DNA of 64,000 bases from Paraphysomonas bandaiensis (GCA_965644295.1 CBFFRP010000039.1:62001-126000); one strand, 5' to 3'. Positions 13,031 to 26,813 are shown, counted from the first letter of the stretch. Notes: generated from the sequence alone by a model not told the origin. Translations and numbers: made by a program.

Positions 13031-15945
13031 TTAAAAGAGCGTTGGAACGAAAGTCGCTTGTGGAGCTTTCATTTCTTCACCTTCATCACCATCTTCTTCT
13101 TTTACTTCTCCTTCATCGCTTCCACTGTCATCTAAGAGCATGCTGTTGACGAGTGCCTCGTCAATCTTAGCCGAAGTCTCTCCCTCCAGTCCCTGCATGC
13201 ACCAGGTCAACCCATATACAGTCTCAACAAAGTACTGACAAGGACATACCATTGAAACCGTGTGTTTTGAATTCGTGCGATCCCAATTTCCGTTCTGGGT
13301 GCGTGGACTCAGTTCTGGTGGTTGAACTACACCACTATCGTCGCTGTCATTCTGCGTCTCCAGAAGGTTTGCTGCATCCACTGGCTGAGGGGGCACTGGA
13401 ACAGATAAGCCCTGTACCATTTTAGATCACCACAATATCACTCACAGCTAACGGTTACACACCACGTTCTCAGTCCGGGATGAGTTAAAATGTGACAACT
13501 CCGGCAGAGGGATACTATCATCACTCAAGTCTCGGAGTTTGTCGACTACGTTTTCGGATATAGAATTGCTATTTCGAAGAGCGGTTCTAAATGCTTCATT
13601 CTCCATTCCTGCAGAACTATGATGTTTGATTCTCTTCGAGTGGTCCTTTGATGACCGAAATACATAATGATCACTTTGAGGGCGACTCGGGGGCTTGCGC
13701 TCAATAGCTCGGCTAATTTCCATCACACGACAGTCAATTATAAGCTCATCCCCTGAAGGATAAAGAAATCACGAGTTTCAACTTCGACAAAAGATTACCT
13801 ACCATAATATGCAGTGTGCTCCTCAAGTACGGTATCAATTTCGTCATGACGAGCAAATGATCCGGGCCAAAAATACCCCGCATTAAGATTCCTGTACACG
13901 CACAATGGAAGTTACGTACTTCTTGACATACGACAGAGGAGAAATACTTCGGAATCAGTCCTAGCTCCTTCAGAGCAGCTGCCACGAGTTCGGAGCAAAA
14001 GAATGTGGAGTTGTGTGTATCGCCTTCCTCATCACCAGGTTTTGGGCTCGGTAGTGGAGACGAAGGAGAATCATAATCATCAGTGCTACCCCATAAGCGA
14101 CCACCAATATTAAAACCACGAGTAGAAGATGGTTGCTACAAAGGGTTAGATAGGCGAGTGCTAGTAGTACCACGACTTACATTTTTTCTGGGAAATATCT
14201 TGGAAGCGGAAAACCCATAAGGCTTTCCAACCACCTGTGAAACGAAGTCATCCAACTTGCTCATGACCTCATTAGAGCGATCAAAATCGTGAAGCTGTCG
14301 GATACACATGTACTTCGTGAACTGCACAACATACAAGCGTGAAAGCATTGTCCCACTGAAGCAGTGATACTAACATTATTGTAGTGATATGCCTTTAATC
14401 TACCAGTAAGAGGGTAGGCTGTAACACCTTCTCCTGTTGCTTCGAGCAGATCTAATGAACCCCCGCATCGCCTTCCCTCCTTAGAAACAGATCGTACCAC
14501 GAGACCTACATGGTCCCACTCAGATCTCGTCACACGTCGCTGGAGATGTGAAAGAGTGTTGGCGCATTTGAATAGAATAAGATCTCCCACTCTCGCCTCT
14601 GGGCGTATCTTGGATATATGAATAGTGTTCCGGGATATGCCCTGACGGTTTATATAAGCAAGGGCAAAAGTAATACGGAACAAGGGTACCTTTACAGGGT
14701 CAACACTATCGAATCTGGCGGTATTTATCATACCAAGAAAGGAGAGGACTACAAGAAATCAAACACAAGCAGCTAAAACAGGTAAATACTCACTCAAATG
14801 GTTGGAGAGAGCTGGTTCTAGTGCAATCAGACTGTTGATATACCTTCCGAGCTTTATTCGTCTCTTGTCTACAGTACGAGGAAGAAGAGAACGGGATTTG
14901 ATGAGCTTTTTCGAAGGCATATGTGGGAGAAGGGCTCGTGGAATAAATCCCGTCTCAGATTCATCTTGGGCTCCTAGAGACTCATGTAACTTCGCAAAGT
15001 CTGAAAAGTATCCACAAAAATAATCACTGAGTCAAGTGTAGTATATAGCGCCAAACCTGAGTATCGCCGCTCTACTGTCCACTCAAGACCACCTTGCTTT
15101 ACCACTAGGTTGTATATAGTGTAGCTCTTGCCATACATATCAGTGGCAGTTCGGGTTTGATGTAGCGCAACCCGGAGAGTAGGCGCAGGCATTTCATGTC
15201 CACGAGCTAGAACCATATTTAGCACCTTGCACACCATAGTCTCCCGTGAGTTTCCGTCTTTAAGAGGGGTATCGATAGCTTGAATGGAGTAAGACTCCAC
15301 TCTATCCGCCCGAACTGGCCCAGGAGGTGGCAATGACTCTCCAACACCTTCCTCATCTAACCCCATCATTCCGGTTTCATCAAAATCCGCGGGGCGAGAT
15401 CCAACCTCATACGAGAACATTCGTTTCTCGACGAGCGATATAATTTCACCCAGGGTCACGCGATCTTCGTCTGAGCACCAGTTGTCGTGTAGAGAAAGTG
15501 CACTGACATCTCCACCTATAACGAGCATCAAACTGTCTACCCGTTTAACACTAGATATAAATTGTTCCAATCCATTTTCCACAAAACTAATCACAGATAT
15601 ATCATTGAACGGCGTTCCCACAATATCTTCCACTTTGGCACCAAGTCCTACCCAGGACAAAATATTTGCTTTATCTACACTGTGTACTGAATGTGGTTGC
15701 TTGTAACCGCCATCTTCTAGTCGAATCACTGTTTCACCTGACGTAATAAAATTACTCGACATAGCATTCTTGCAGGCGTCCAGGATCGCTTCTTTGAAGG
15801 ACGCGAGCACAGCAGTTGACTCAGCGTGAGTGATAACAGTGGACACCTTTACTGCTGGCTTTGCATGCTCGTCTAATATATGAATAGCAATCTCTCGACC
15901 CGTATAGTCGCATCTATCTAACGCACTATCATCAAAACTATCCAT
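13031..15945 (-). CDS. PX-domain protein with permuted papain-like amidase (YaeF/YiiX, C92) domain; multi-exon
   Basis: WTVERRYS|DFAKLH (PX), GDLILF...DHVGLV (catalytic His), GKPY, FCSELVAAAL (catalytic Cys); GT-AG introns between the ORF pieces; start codon uncertain. Confidence 0.75.
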
Positions 15946-16518
15946 TATGAGGATGTTAGAGCTCAATACATCTCAGATACATATATATGTATATCTCGAG
16001 ATTCAATCATTTAAATAAGAGTGCAGAGGGGTAAGTTGACACTCCGCAGTGATAGAGAGTGATGGGCGTGATGGTAGAAGTGGATATGTGGTGGGTGAGT
16101 ATGTGAGTAGAGAGGGGCGCTATTCAATGGATTGTTTAACTGTAAGTCGAAACATACATACATATACATACATACATGCATATCAACCGTATACAGGACA
16201 GTACTGGAGTATAAGTACAGAGTTGTTCTATATACACACCAGTACAGCGTACTGTACTGCATGTATAGGAGTTGAATTTGCTTCCATTTTGTGTGAGTCG
16301 TACTGGTGTACTACGATAGTATGAAGTGTTGCAGTACTACTGTATCGTACGATTGTACGCTCGTAGATGTACTGGAGTATGTACAGTTGGCATATGATCG
16401 ATAAGTACATTCTGCACTGCACTGTACTGCAGCATGCTGGATGTTACACAAGCATGAGTGCACAGTCCTCACAGCCCCATATATGTATGTGTATATCCGA
16501 TAGATTGAGAAGATAATC

Positions 16519-19500
16519 ATGTCGAGTATTGAAAGAGATGCAACTGACAAGAAGCCTTCTCGTGGCAGTCTGATGCTGAAGAAGAGACAGGTGATATCAT
16601 GCATAGAGAGTGTGCTGCAATCTGCTGTGGAGGACTACAGCATGTGTCATGATACGGCCACACGGCTGTTTGATATGGGGGTAAGCGGGACAGGTCAGTT
16701 TAGTCAATAGAGAGCGACTAATGTATACTCATATGGCCGTATACGCAGAGGATATACTTGCACTGTGCACAGAGAGGGATCGTCTCATTGCAATGGGACT
16801 GTCATCAGAACACATCAGTCGTATAGCGGATGTGTGCAATGAGATTATACAAACAGAGACCTCTAATCATCCGCCACGTGCAGCATCAGTCAGTCAAGAG
16901 TCAGATAGATTTGCAGGTAATGTGAGTTACTTTGGAGGGAAAGCAAAGACCGTTGCACATATCAACTCAAGAAGAAGCAGCTTAGATACTCTTAAGACCA
17001 GTAGCAGCTCACTGGATGCCCGGAATGATATGAATATCTATGTAAGTGGGTACAGCGGGTCGGATGGGTGTTTCAGTCATGCCAATCCACTTCTATTGAG
17101 TGAAAACGAACGATTGGTGCTTGGGTGTATTTTGACATCTGATCAAGGAGGACCTGAGATGGATGATAACTCGGATGATAATATACAAAGCGAGCCTTCG
17201 TCCCATCGTTCTTCACGGCGATCTACCCTACCCCGTATGACATGTGCCACCAGGAACTCTTTTGCTGGAGATGTCATGCTCACTATGAAGTTGAAAGAAA
17301 TACCTTTTTCAAGAATCCATTGGGGACGACCTATTCGTGCTTCTGATCCAACACCTACATGTTCTGACCCCATATATATCCCACCCTCTGTTTCGGAGAA
17401 TATATCTGACGAGAGACTCCGTAAGAAACTGGCCACCATACCGCCTGCTCGTATACATTGGGGTCGCTCTTTGTCTCCCGCTGAGACGGTACCTAGAACA
17501 AATCCCTCTGCCCTCCCCGATGATAAAAGTTCCCTAGAGTCTTCACCGCACACAATTATAAAACTGTCACAAAAGTCAGTATATTCCCGCAAACATCGAC
17601 CACTACCTGGACGCATATATTCTACTCATACAGACAACAGTGCATTTGTGTTTGTGAAACCCCATGCTAACGTTTCCCCAGCGTGTCGAGTACTTGTTCG
17701 TTATGTGTTAGCGTCCCATGGTGTACATGTTATTGAAGAGGGTGAAATATCTGCTGAGAGCATAGACAAAGAAAAGCTCATTGACCAGCACTACTATGCA
17801 ATAGGATCGAAAGCAGTGATGCTGAAGCCTAGTGAGTTAGATGTTCCTGCGGACAAGTTTGAGTCTGTATTCGGGTTGTCTTGGCAAAGTGTACTGGATC
17901 AGGGCCTCGCATACAATGCCATGGATGCATGCACCACATTGGGCCTGAACTCATCTGAACTTGATGCGGCTTGGTCTAAAGCTAAAGACAACCGAAAATT
18001 GGTTAAGCTTGGGGGTGGATTCTACTGCGGCCTAATTGACACTGTTCCGGGAAAGCCTGCTATATATGTGATTAATGGCTTTTACATGTCAATGCGATCA
18101 AAATTTGTTAAACCTGGCTCATCAATCTACTATTTCAATGTGGAGTGGAACTCATCAGAATTATCTTTCAGTGATTTTCGTAACAAGGTTTTGGGCTGTA
18201 CTGACCCAACACTTGCTCCTTCTACCTCTATCCGTGGTATGATTCTGTCGGACTGGCGATCTCTGGGGCTACGCAGCGTACCTAACACTGGAGATAATGG
18301 TGTACATGCGAGTGCGTCTCCATTCGAGGCTCTTGCGGAACGCATGAACTGGCTTGGAATTTCAGCGAAAGATGATTCCTTTGGCCGTAAGCTTCTCGAT
18401 GTAGGGATACCAGAGGGTGTGATACAAGCGTGGAGCGTGGATCCACTTGTCAAAGGGAAATCTCTCTTTGACTCTCTGGAAGAGCTCAACAGCAGTGACT
18501 GTGTGGCTAAATCAATGGTTTTGAGTAACTATATTTCCCTTCCACCGACTACGACTAGCCCTTCTTCGAGTGAGCGTGCTGGGTCATTCAGAAGAAGCAT
18601 ACGACAACATATTCCATCTAAAGATAACAGTGCATTTGTGTTTGTGAAACCCCATGCTAACGTTTCCCCAGCGTGTCGAGTACTTGTTCGTTATGTGTTA
18701 GCGTCCCATGGTGTACATGTTATTGAAGAGGGTGAAATATCTGCTGAGAGCATAGACAAAGAAAAGCTCATTGACCAGCACTACTATGCAATAGGATCGA
18801 AAGCAGTGATGCTGAAGCCTAGTGAGTTAGATGTTCCTGCGGACAAGTTTGAGTCTGTATTCGGGTTGTCTTGGCAAAGTGTACTGGATCAGGGCATCGC
18901 ATACAATGCCATGGATGCATGCACCACATTGGGCCTGAACTCATCTGAACTTGATGCGGCTTGGTCTAAAGCTAAAGACAACCGAAAATTGGTTAAGCTT
19001 GGGGGTGGATTCTACTGCGGCCTAATTGACACTGTTCCGGGAAAGCCTGCTATATATGTGATTAATGGCTTTTACATGTCAATGCGATCAAAATTTGTTA
19101 AACCTGGCTCATCAATCTACTATTTCAATGTGGAGTGGAACTCATCAGAATTATCTTTCAGTGATTTTCGTAACAAGGTTTTGGGCTGTACTGACCCAAC
19201 ACTTGCTCCTTCTACCTCTATCCGTGGTATGATTCTGTCGGACTGGCGATCTCTGGGGCTACGCAGCGTACCTAACACTGGAGATAATGGTGTACATGCG
19301 AGTGCGTCTCCATTCGAGGCTCTTGCGGAACGCATGAACTGGCTTGGAATTTCAGCGAAAGATGATTCCTTTGGCCGTAAGCTTCTCGATGTAGGGATAC
19401 CAGAGGGTGTGATACAAGCGTGGAGCGTGGATCCACTTGTCAAAGGGAAATCTCTCTTTGACTCTCTGGAAGAGCTCAACAGCAGTGACTGTGTGGCTAA

Positions 19501-19522
19501 ATCAATGGTTTTGAATAATTAG
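16519..19522 (+). CDS. Protein with long low-complexity N-terminus and two tandem protist-type nucleoside-diphosphate-kinase-like domains
   Basis: AFVFVKPHA, FR..VLG.TDP..A..S.RG and DNGVHASAS..E motifs, each twice; exon 16519-16693 joins via intron 16694-16748. Confidence 0.8.
17636..19514 (+). repeat. Intragenic direct repeat, 889 bp x2 (17636-18524 and 18626-19514)
   Basis: Offset 990 bp; I could see only one substitution (17906 C / 18896 A, Leu/Ile). Confidence 0.95.
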
Positions 19523-19932
19523 GTTGTGGTGTATTTTTTTGTGTATTTAAAGGCTACATTAGTAGAGATACTTGTAGAAATGAAGTGATTATCGACACAT
19601 GCGTCAGACATCAGATAGCAATTGGTGGAGTTATCGTGATAAACGTTCATTGATCCCTTCAATCTCAACGAAATCGAATATTTGTTATCAACGCTGTATA
19701 CCTCGAGCTAGAATACTTATCACTGGTCAAACTTTTGAAAGGTTAGTTAAGATAACGTCAGCATCGCAGCTAAATGTAGTAACTAGTACTCAGATGCAAG
19801 AATTTCTTGTTTGGTATTGTAAATGAAGCATTTACCAAAACTAGTTTTGTGTTAGTGGGTATTTTCATACAGGAAAAAGAGCAATACGTTGGGTAATCTT
19901 GCCAGTTCATATCGTTTCCGTGCCACAAAAGA

Positions 19933-20399
19933 TATTGAAAGTCATATTACTAGCAATAGGCGTTAAAAAACTGCACAAACTTAGTAGTTAGACCTCTCCT
20001 GTAACTTATCAGTACACACTTTTTTTATCCTACTATTTAACGCTACGGAAGCTGTTGTGCGTCGCCGCAAGCACCAAGGTGCGACCACATCCGCTCTGAG
20101 TTCTTAAGGTGAATATCCCGGATGCTTGACTTCAGCAGGTACCCTTCAGGTGGGCCCTGTCCCGGATGCCCTTGAGGTGGACCCATTCCCGGATGACTGT
20201 TTATTCGTCAGGGCCCAAAGACGTCTACACAAGTGACACTTATTGGTGTCTCTTGTTCCACACAAGCATTAGGCTATGAGTGGGCAGAAGAATATATGCT
20301 GACTATGTTTGCGGCTCACGTTAGTTTCCCAGAGAGAATCTCTCCGGTACTTATCCCCCAGAACACCACGAAAAGGTGCGAGTCCGACTTTGTTGAGGA
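19933..20399 (-). mobile_element. Ribozyme-headed SINE-like retroposon, copy B (short subfamily)
   Basis: Full-length ends; TSD TGCCACAAAA(G/A)A at 19921-19932 and 20400-20411. Confidence 0.85.
20311..20399 (-). ncRNA. Putative HDV-like (L1Tc/ingi-type) self-cleaving ribozyme
   Basis: P2 CUCGC/GUGAG, P3 ACC/GGU, L3 UUUUCGU, P4 CCGGAGAG/CUCUCUGG, J4/2 GAAACUAA. Confidence 0.7.
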
Positions 20400-20847
20400 T
20401 GCCACAAAAAATGTATGTCTTCTTGTAGTTTGTAGTAGCTTATGACGAGTGGCGAACGGATACTGATTATCTATAAAACTGATAAAAATAAAGCAGGGCC
20501 ATTAATGGTACATTATCTAATAGTGCCATCATAATTGCCGGGAACTGGACTACCATTAATGGTTACATGGTTACTAGCCCCTGAAATTAATCAAGTATTG
20601 AGGTTATTGTTTATTTGTAATCAGATATTTCTTTTTAGAAGTATAATGAAGTGAGATTGTGGGGTAAAAGGGCGCTGAAAGTGGCTGAAGACAAGGTGTG
20701 TGTGAGTCACTTGGTAAATGATAGGTGGCGATCTTTGTATACCGAACAGTCTATCTGTTTTACGCTGTTCAGTCATATCACTCATCTAATCATGCTTATT
20801 AAATCAAAGTAGCAAGTTGAAACAATATTGTACACATGAATTGCAGT

Positions 20848-22406
20848 TTAGAGAGTATTAGATTCATTTTCTGTGTCAACAGGAGATACTCTAGCTGCCA
20901 TGTGCTGTCCAAACCCGCCAAAGACGTCAAACACTTTCCTGTTGCCCCCAATCGTCACAAGAGTACTGTCATTTTCTTTCTTTGCATAGAACTTCCAAAT
21001 GGGAGGATTGGGATTTGTCTTTCCTCTAAGGTGACTGGAATAAGGTCCATATGTGTGTAGCCTTCCACTTTCAGTCAACCAAGCGGTGGTAGTTCCTCCT
21101 TTGGAAGAATCACCTGCCATAAGCACTTTCACGGGTTTATCGTCAGTCTCCTCAACTGGTACTTCCATTGGCTCATGCATGATCTGTTTTAAACAAAGCC
21201 CAAAGTAATTAACAGTATAAATTACGAGTTCATACACAGCATACACTCACCTTATGACCCCAGTGGAATATCTTTCCGTCGTCCGTCAAGGCTGCAGATG
21301 TTCCTTTACCAGCCGACACCCTCACAACACGTTTTCCGTCAAGTTTGCTGCTTTCCAACAGTCGTGGCATATCTTCCATGCTGTACATGTCAATAAAGGA
21401 GTCCCCAAGGCCGAGCTGGCCTTGATCGTTTCTTCCCCAACAGAAAATACGTCCGCTTTCCGTGAGTCCGATTGAGTGGTTGTACCCAGCGCTCACTTGC
21501 ACCACCTTCTCTCCTTCGAATGAGTCCTGGATAAGCTGAGGAGTAAGAGCATCTTGATCATTCCAATTCGCCCCTGTTCCCAGTCTACCGTATTCAATGG
21601 CTCCACAGCTCCACACTTCGCCTTTCTCCTGAGTAGCATTGTCACATGTCGGACGCAGATAATCGGCAACCCACCTTGTTGAAAAAAAGAGTATGCAGCG
21701 CGCCACAAGACACAGCATCAACTTTCACTGACGCCTCGTGAAGGGCACTTACTAGGCTGGGTTGAAAAATGTAAGCTAGACTTTAGATTTGACTGAGTCT
21801 ACTGACCTTGGCGAATCAATGAATTCATACCCATTGTCAATCCCTAAATGACCACCCCCACCCATACGTGTTCCATTATGCCCCCAAGTGTACACTTTGC
21901 CCTCAGAATCAATGACGGCACAATGGGACTTCCCAGCCGCAACATCTACTACTTCAAAATCTGTGTGGATCAGCCTTGGAGTCATAAGCTCCTCTTTAGG
22001 GATATTTCCAGGATATTTGGTGCCCCATGCAAGAAGTTTCTTGTCATTTGTAGCAGCTATTGTATATCCCACCCCACATGCAATCTTTTTAATACTTGAA
22101 CTATTAACTAATCGTCTTGGAGTATCTTGAATATACACATCATCACCAAAGAATGTTGCTTCCTGCATGTCTCATATGACTACCAGCTAACAGGTATGTA
22201 TAGTCTATCTCACCTTATCAAACCGTTCATGTCCCAACTGACCGAGTGATCCAAGCCCCCAGTTATAAACAACACCTGTTAATTACGGTATGAATATATA
22301 TGAGGATATGACTGGGGTCTATACTCTTAGTGCTCATATGCATACAGGCGCTCTTATTACAGGCTACCATCACACGGCTCATGCTCCTCGTTGATCGCGA
22401 AAACAT
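20848..22406 (-). CDS. RCC1-repeat protein, probably mitochondrial (RCC1L-like); multi-exon
   Basis: WG.G..GQLG, VAAGKSH, VSAGYNHS..LT.SGRIFCWGRNDQGQLGLG repeats; N-terminus MFSRSTRSMSRVM resembles a mitochondrial presequence. Confidence 0.8.
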
Positions 22407-22990
22407 TGTTACTTATTCCTTGTAATGTTTTGATATATTTGGTGGTTAGTTCTGCTGTGCTGAGTGAGTTGGTTATATGAGTGTGTGGAGACTGTCTGTA
22501 TGTCTCATATACGTGTACTGTATGCGTGTATATGTGTATATGTGTACAGTGTATGGAGAGGTTAAGGCTTCTATGTGCATCCACAGCCCACACAACATGG
22601 ACACTGTACCGTATACTGCTGTATACCCTATACGGCTCCAGATGTGGGTGTTCCCATAGGAATTCCTATACAGCAACATACTGTATGTGTTGTACAATCT
22701 ATTCCCTATAAAAACTCAATATATCGAAATATCCTGAATTTCATGTTAAAATCATGTATTTCGTCAGACGAATTGGGAGTATTTTCTGGGGTTTTATGGT
22801 TATTGTTGTTTGTATAAAGTGGAGCGATATGTTAAATATTCCCCACTGAGAGTCGAGGTGATGTACTTGTATATATAGATGTACAAGTTAGCAAGTTTGT
22901 CATACAATTCCAATTAATCGTTACATGGTAGCTATGTCTGATACCCCCCGTCCCCTTACACTCCTATGGTTCAACTCCCACTAAGAGGAG

Positions 22991-24935
22991 ATGTGGAAGG
23001 GTCTCATTGCATTGTTGTTGTTTTATTCAGGCTCTGCTCTGCTATTGAACGATACGTTCGACTCTCTGGACAACTGGCGTTTAGATCTACAGGGAAACAC
23101 CGCATATGTTGATATTGACAGTGGTAATCTAATCACCACTGTGAGTTTTTGTGGCACATCGTGTTATCGTGCAGAAGTGTCCACAGCAATAGCCCTCAGA
23201 TCATCAGTGCTGTCCAACACAGGCGAGTACTGGCTTGGATTCAGCAATCGCATTCCATCATCGTGGCGATGGCTTGGTGATACTTCTCAAAATAAGTATG
23301 GAGATGTGACGTACATATTTCAAATTCATGGAGGTGATAATCTTGGACGATCACCTATCTTGGGTATCCGAAATCTCGGAAAGTCCTTCTCAATCAATAT
23401 ATGTGGTAATTCGGCCTATAACTCCCCAGAGGAAAGTTGCGTATATGACACTCTTGGTGACGTGACTATTGGTGATTGGATTTCTTGGGTAGTTCATGTA
23501 AAATTGTCCAGTGTTCCTGAAGAAGGTTTTGTGTCGGTGTGGCGGGATCAAAAACTCGTTCTCCAGCGGACTGGTTTACTGACTTCATATGATGATATAA
23601 AACCACATTACATTAAGCTTGGATCCTATCAGATCAACTGGAAGCGTGGTGAGACTACCCAGACCCAGTGGGTGGGCGTTGATTACGCTGAGGTACGCGT
23701 TGGAAACGAAACCTCAGGTTATGATGAGGTCAACACTGGAACGGCCAATGTGACAGAGAATACAAAGAGCTCTGGTAAAGGAATATCTGTTTTGCTGCTT
23801 GCTGTAGTAGTAAGCGGAGCTGTGATTTTGTCGTCTATGTGCTGCACTGTCATGTGCGGTAAAAAAGATTCTCATGTCTACCGACCTACCACATCATCAG
23901 TAAGAAGCAGTTCAAGTAACCGTAGCGCTGTCACCTCTACCTCGAGAGGTCAGATGGAGTTCGGACAAGTCTACAGCGCAGACCTATCGACACAGAGTAT
24001 CACTGAACTCAATACTTGGCGCAATTCATTAAGGACATCGGCAACGAATTTAAAGAATATTGATTCTGATCAATCTAATTCCCACTCCCTCCCACGCCCA
24101 CACTCAAGCGGAAGTGGCCCTGCTAATAAAAACACAAGAAGTCACAGTGGAAGTCGTCCAGGACATCAGCCTGAAACACGTGCTAGAGGAGGTACTTTTA
24201 CTGACCGTCGTCCAGGGCATCAGCCTGAAACACGTGCTAGAGGAGGTACTTCTACTGGCAGTCGTGCATGGCATCAACCTGAAGTACAAGCTCGAGGTGG
24301 GTCGTCTACTGGCAGTCGTCCAGGACATCAACCTGAAGTGCGAGCTCGAGGTGGTTCTTCTACTGTACAAGGATGGGAGAGACCGGCTTCACAGTCCCAC
24401 CCACGATGTACTTCTAGTGGGCGAGGAAGTACAGACACACATACAGTGAACCGGGTATCTAGGGATAGTGGTAGTGTGTCCGCAAAGTCTGGTAAGTATT
24501 CATTGTTATGACATGTGATCAGTTATAGTGACTGCTGGTGATATGTATGCAGAGCGGTCTCCATTGTGCGAAGAGGCGGCAACTGCCCGTATTCGACCAT
24601 GTGGGACTCGAGCCAGTAGCAAAGATCCCTCTAGAAAGCGGCATGTTGTGTACGAGCTGTCGTTGTTGAAGGACAGTGAGAAGGCTGCAGTACATAGCCA
24701 ATCGACAGATATTCTGTTAGACCAAATAAGAGTAAGCAGTGACGACTGGCTTAAGAGAAGAGGGTTCATGGTCCGATTTCGTACTGATCGACCTCCTAGA
24801 CGACGCCGAGACATCAGTAGACGTGCTCGTGGTCAGAAGCGATATAATTATGAAGCTCGCCAGGATATGGATGGAGTGTCGATTACAGCTTTAGAACTCC
24901 CCCACTCTCGGTTACTAGGTCTATCTCGAGAGTAA
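22991..24935 (+). CDS. Type I membrane protein with extracellular polysaccharide-lyase (PF14099-like jelly-roll) domain and repetitive cytosolic tail
   Basis: Signal peptide; RAEV, YWLGFS..IP..W, IFQIHG, GFVSVW, YIKLGSY motifs; TM segment. ORF ends at 24511, or extends to 24935 through a 37-nt phase-compatible intron 24492-24528. Confidence 0.7.
24149..24364 (+). repeat. 54-bp coding tandem repeat x4 (GSRPGHQPE.RARGG.ST)
   Basis: Four 18-aa units visible in DNA and protein. Confidence 0.9.
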
Positions 24936-25634
24936 TAAGTTGTGTATATGTATTATTTTATACGTTTTTCACCAGTTTGTCTAAATTTTATAATGGTGAA
25001 CTTTTGTTTCCGTGATTGACGATCATGTGACAGCTTTTATAGAAAATCATTTCGTAGCCGTTGCATATATACGTATGTCCTATCTTGCGACATTGAATGA
25101 GTGTGTTAAGAATAACCCTGGACAAGAAATGCCTTTGTAGTGACAAGTCACAGGAGCCCTTAAGAGTGGAGTTTGCAGGGTGTATTGTAAGCTTCGTAGC
25201 CTGTGCATTACAAGATGGAAAAATTACAATATTGAGAGCAGCAGAATTTGATGATATAGAAGAGAGTTATCGAAGCTCTGGGCTTCCCGCGTGTGAAGAA
25301 CGATATTGTGATGCATCCTAAGGCCAGGGATCTGAAGGCAAATATATTCCCTACGCTACAGGCTACAGTCCACCTAAGCACGCAACTACTACAATGCTGT
25401 AATGTATGTATGCTCGTAGAGTTGTTAGTTATGATATAACGCTTGACACCACCGGTTGAATGCTTCTTAATAATATACTGCTTATCTCACTTTAATATTC
25501 AAATCTGTACCATGTATAGGCTACTAATTACAAAGAATACGACAGGTCCGTTTCACGACATGTGGTACAATAACTTCTAACAAAACTATGTTGCGATACT
25601 CACATCGAGTTGTTCCCTACTAAACGCTATAAAT

Positions 25635-25950
25635 GTTAGAAATTGACATTTCCAGTAATAAGACCTTGATAAGCACTTATATAGAATATTATATAATTAT
25701 AAGAGATACCATACTTCATTCATTGACGTTCACCAACTCTTTTTATCTCTACTACACCAACCATTTCTAGTACGATCTTACATCGTCACTATCTTGTACA
25801 GTCAGTATATTTCAGTTTCATCACTACAATGGCTATCATATTATTGGCTCTCATAATACAGTTAGCTACTACTGTATTCTTTGAGTAACGGATATAGTTC
25901 AAATATCTTAGAAGCTACAGCTTTTAATTGCTCACAAACAGCAAAACTCA
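25635..25950. repeat. Second dispersed repeat family, copy 2 (with about 90 bp extra)
   Basis: Near-identical to 4750-4962. Confidence 0.75.
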
Positions 25951-26132
25951 ACAATAAACAAACTAGACTACCTGCCGAGTTTCAACCCTTCGAGTGAAAA
26001 GAATAACGCAAAAATATTATAGGTAGACAGTATTACGAAAATAAAGCGTCGCCTACTAACTAGCAAGTTTTAAATTATCGGACAGTAAAGTATGAAACCT
26101 ACAAAACATCCAGCGACTATTCTGCAGTGAGT

Positions 26133-26813
26133 TCATGAAATCTTCCTCGCCTTAATTGCAGACGGTTTCTGATCTAACAATCTTTTCTTGTTGTTGTTCA
26201 GAGAATTTGTCTCAAGAGACTTATTATTCTCTGTCCTTGAAGATAATCCTGATATGGGAGGATCGGAAACACACGGGTTTGATGGTAAGGCTTCGTGGTA
26301 AGATGAAACATATGCTTCCTCCGGACGATTGGGTGTCCGTCGCATTTGGGATTTCTGCAGCAAATATAATAGAGAGGGTTGTCATTAGCTCCGAACTCAC
26401 CGCAGATTTACGTCGAGTACTGATGGAGGCTTCAAAAGGCAAGATTGTAGACGCTACTAATCGTGCCCTATGCCGCCTCCAGCATCTTTGAACAGCAGCT
26501 TACATAGCTGTCAGTATAAGACTATGAGCTCAACCTGTTTACCGTTATAGTCTTTGATCTGCCGTTTCGTATATCGCGACACATTATCTTTGAAGCCCGG
26601 TGGTAGATATTCTAACCTCTTTAAGGTTCTCACTATTCGTTGTTTAGTGCCACTCACTCCTAAGCTGTTCACTGTATTGGGGAGCCTGTTGATTATCACT
26701 ATAAATGCTGGTCCATCTTCTTCTCCATATCCTCGAACAGTATTCACGAAGTCTCTGACTTCCTCTGGTATGGTTGTGTCTATTACTGATGCCTTCATTG
26801 ATGTTTGTTTCAT
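26133..26813 (-). CDS. Hypothetical protein with an IQ-like motif (AVQRCWRRHRAR); probably three exons
   Basis: ORFs 26511-26813, an intermediate frame and 26133-26363 can be joined by GT-AG introns; splice choice uncertain. Confidence 0.4.

Noticed and set aside
20233-20445. Recurrent short ORFs (TLIGV.CSTQA.GYEWAE, also at 56711-56962, 32310 and 48108)
   Set aside because: Chance frames within the non-coding retroposon; frames are not conserved between copies
24149-24364. CRISPR-like array (also the 27-nt and 42-bp repeats)
   Set aside because: No unique spacers or cas genes; eukaryotic context; these are coding or tandem repeats
25097-25321. 74-aa ORF in a spacer
   Set aside because: Short, no motif, no supportable splice partners
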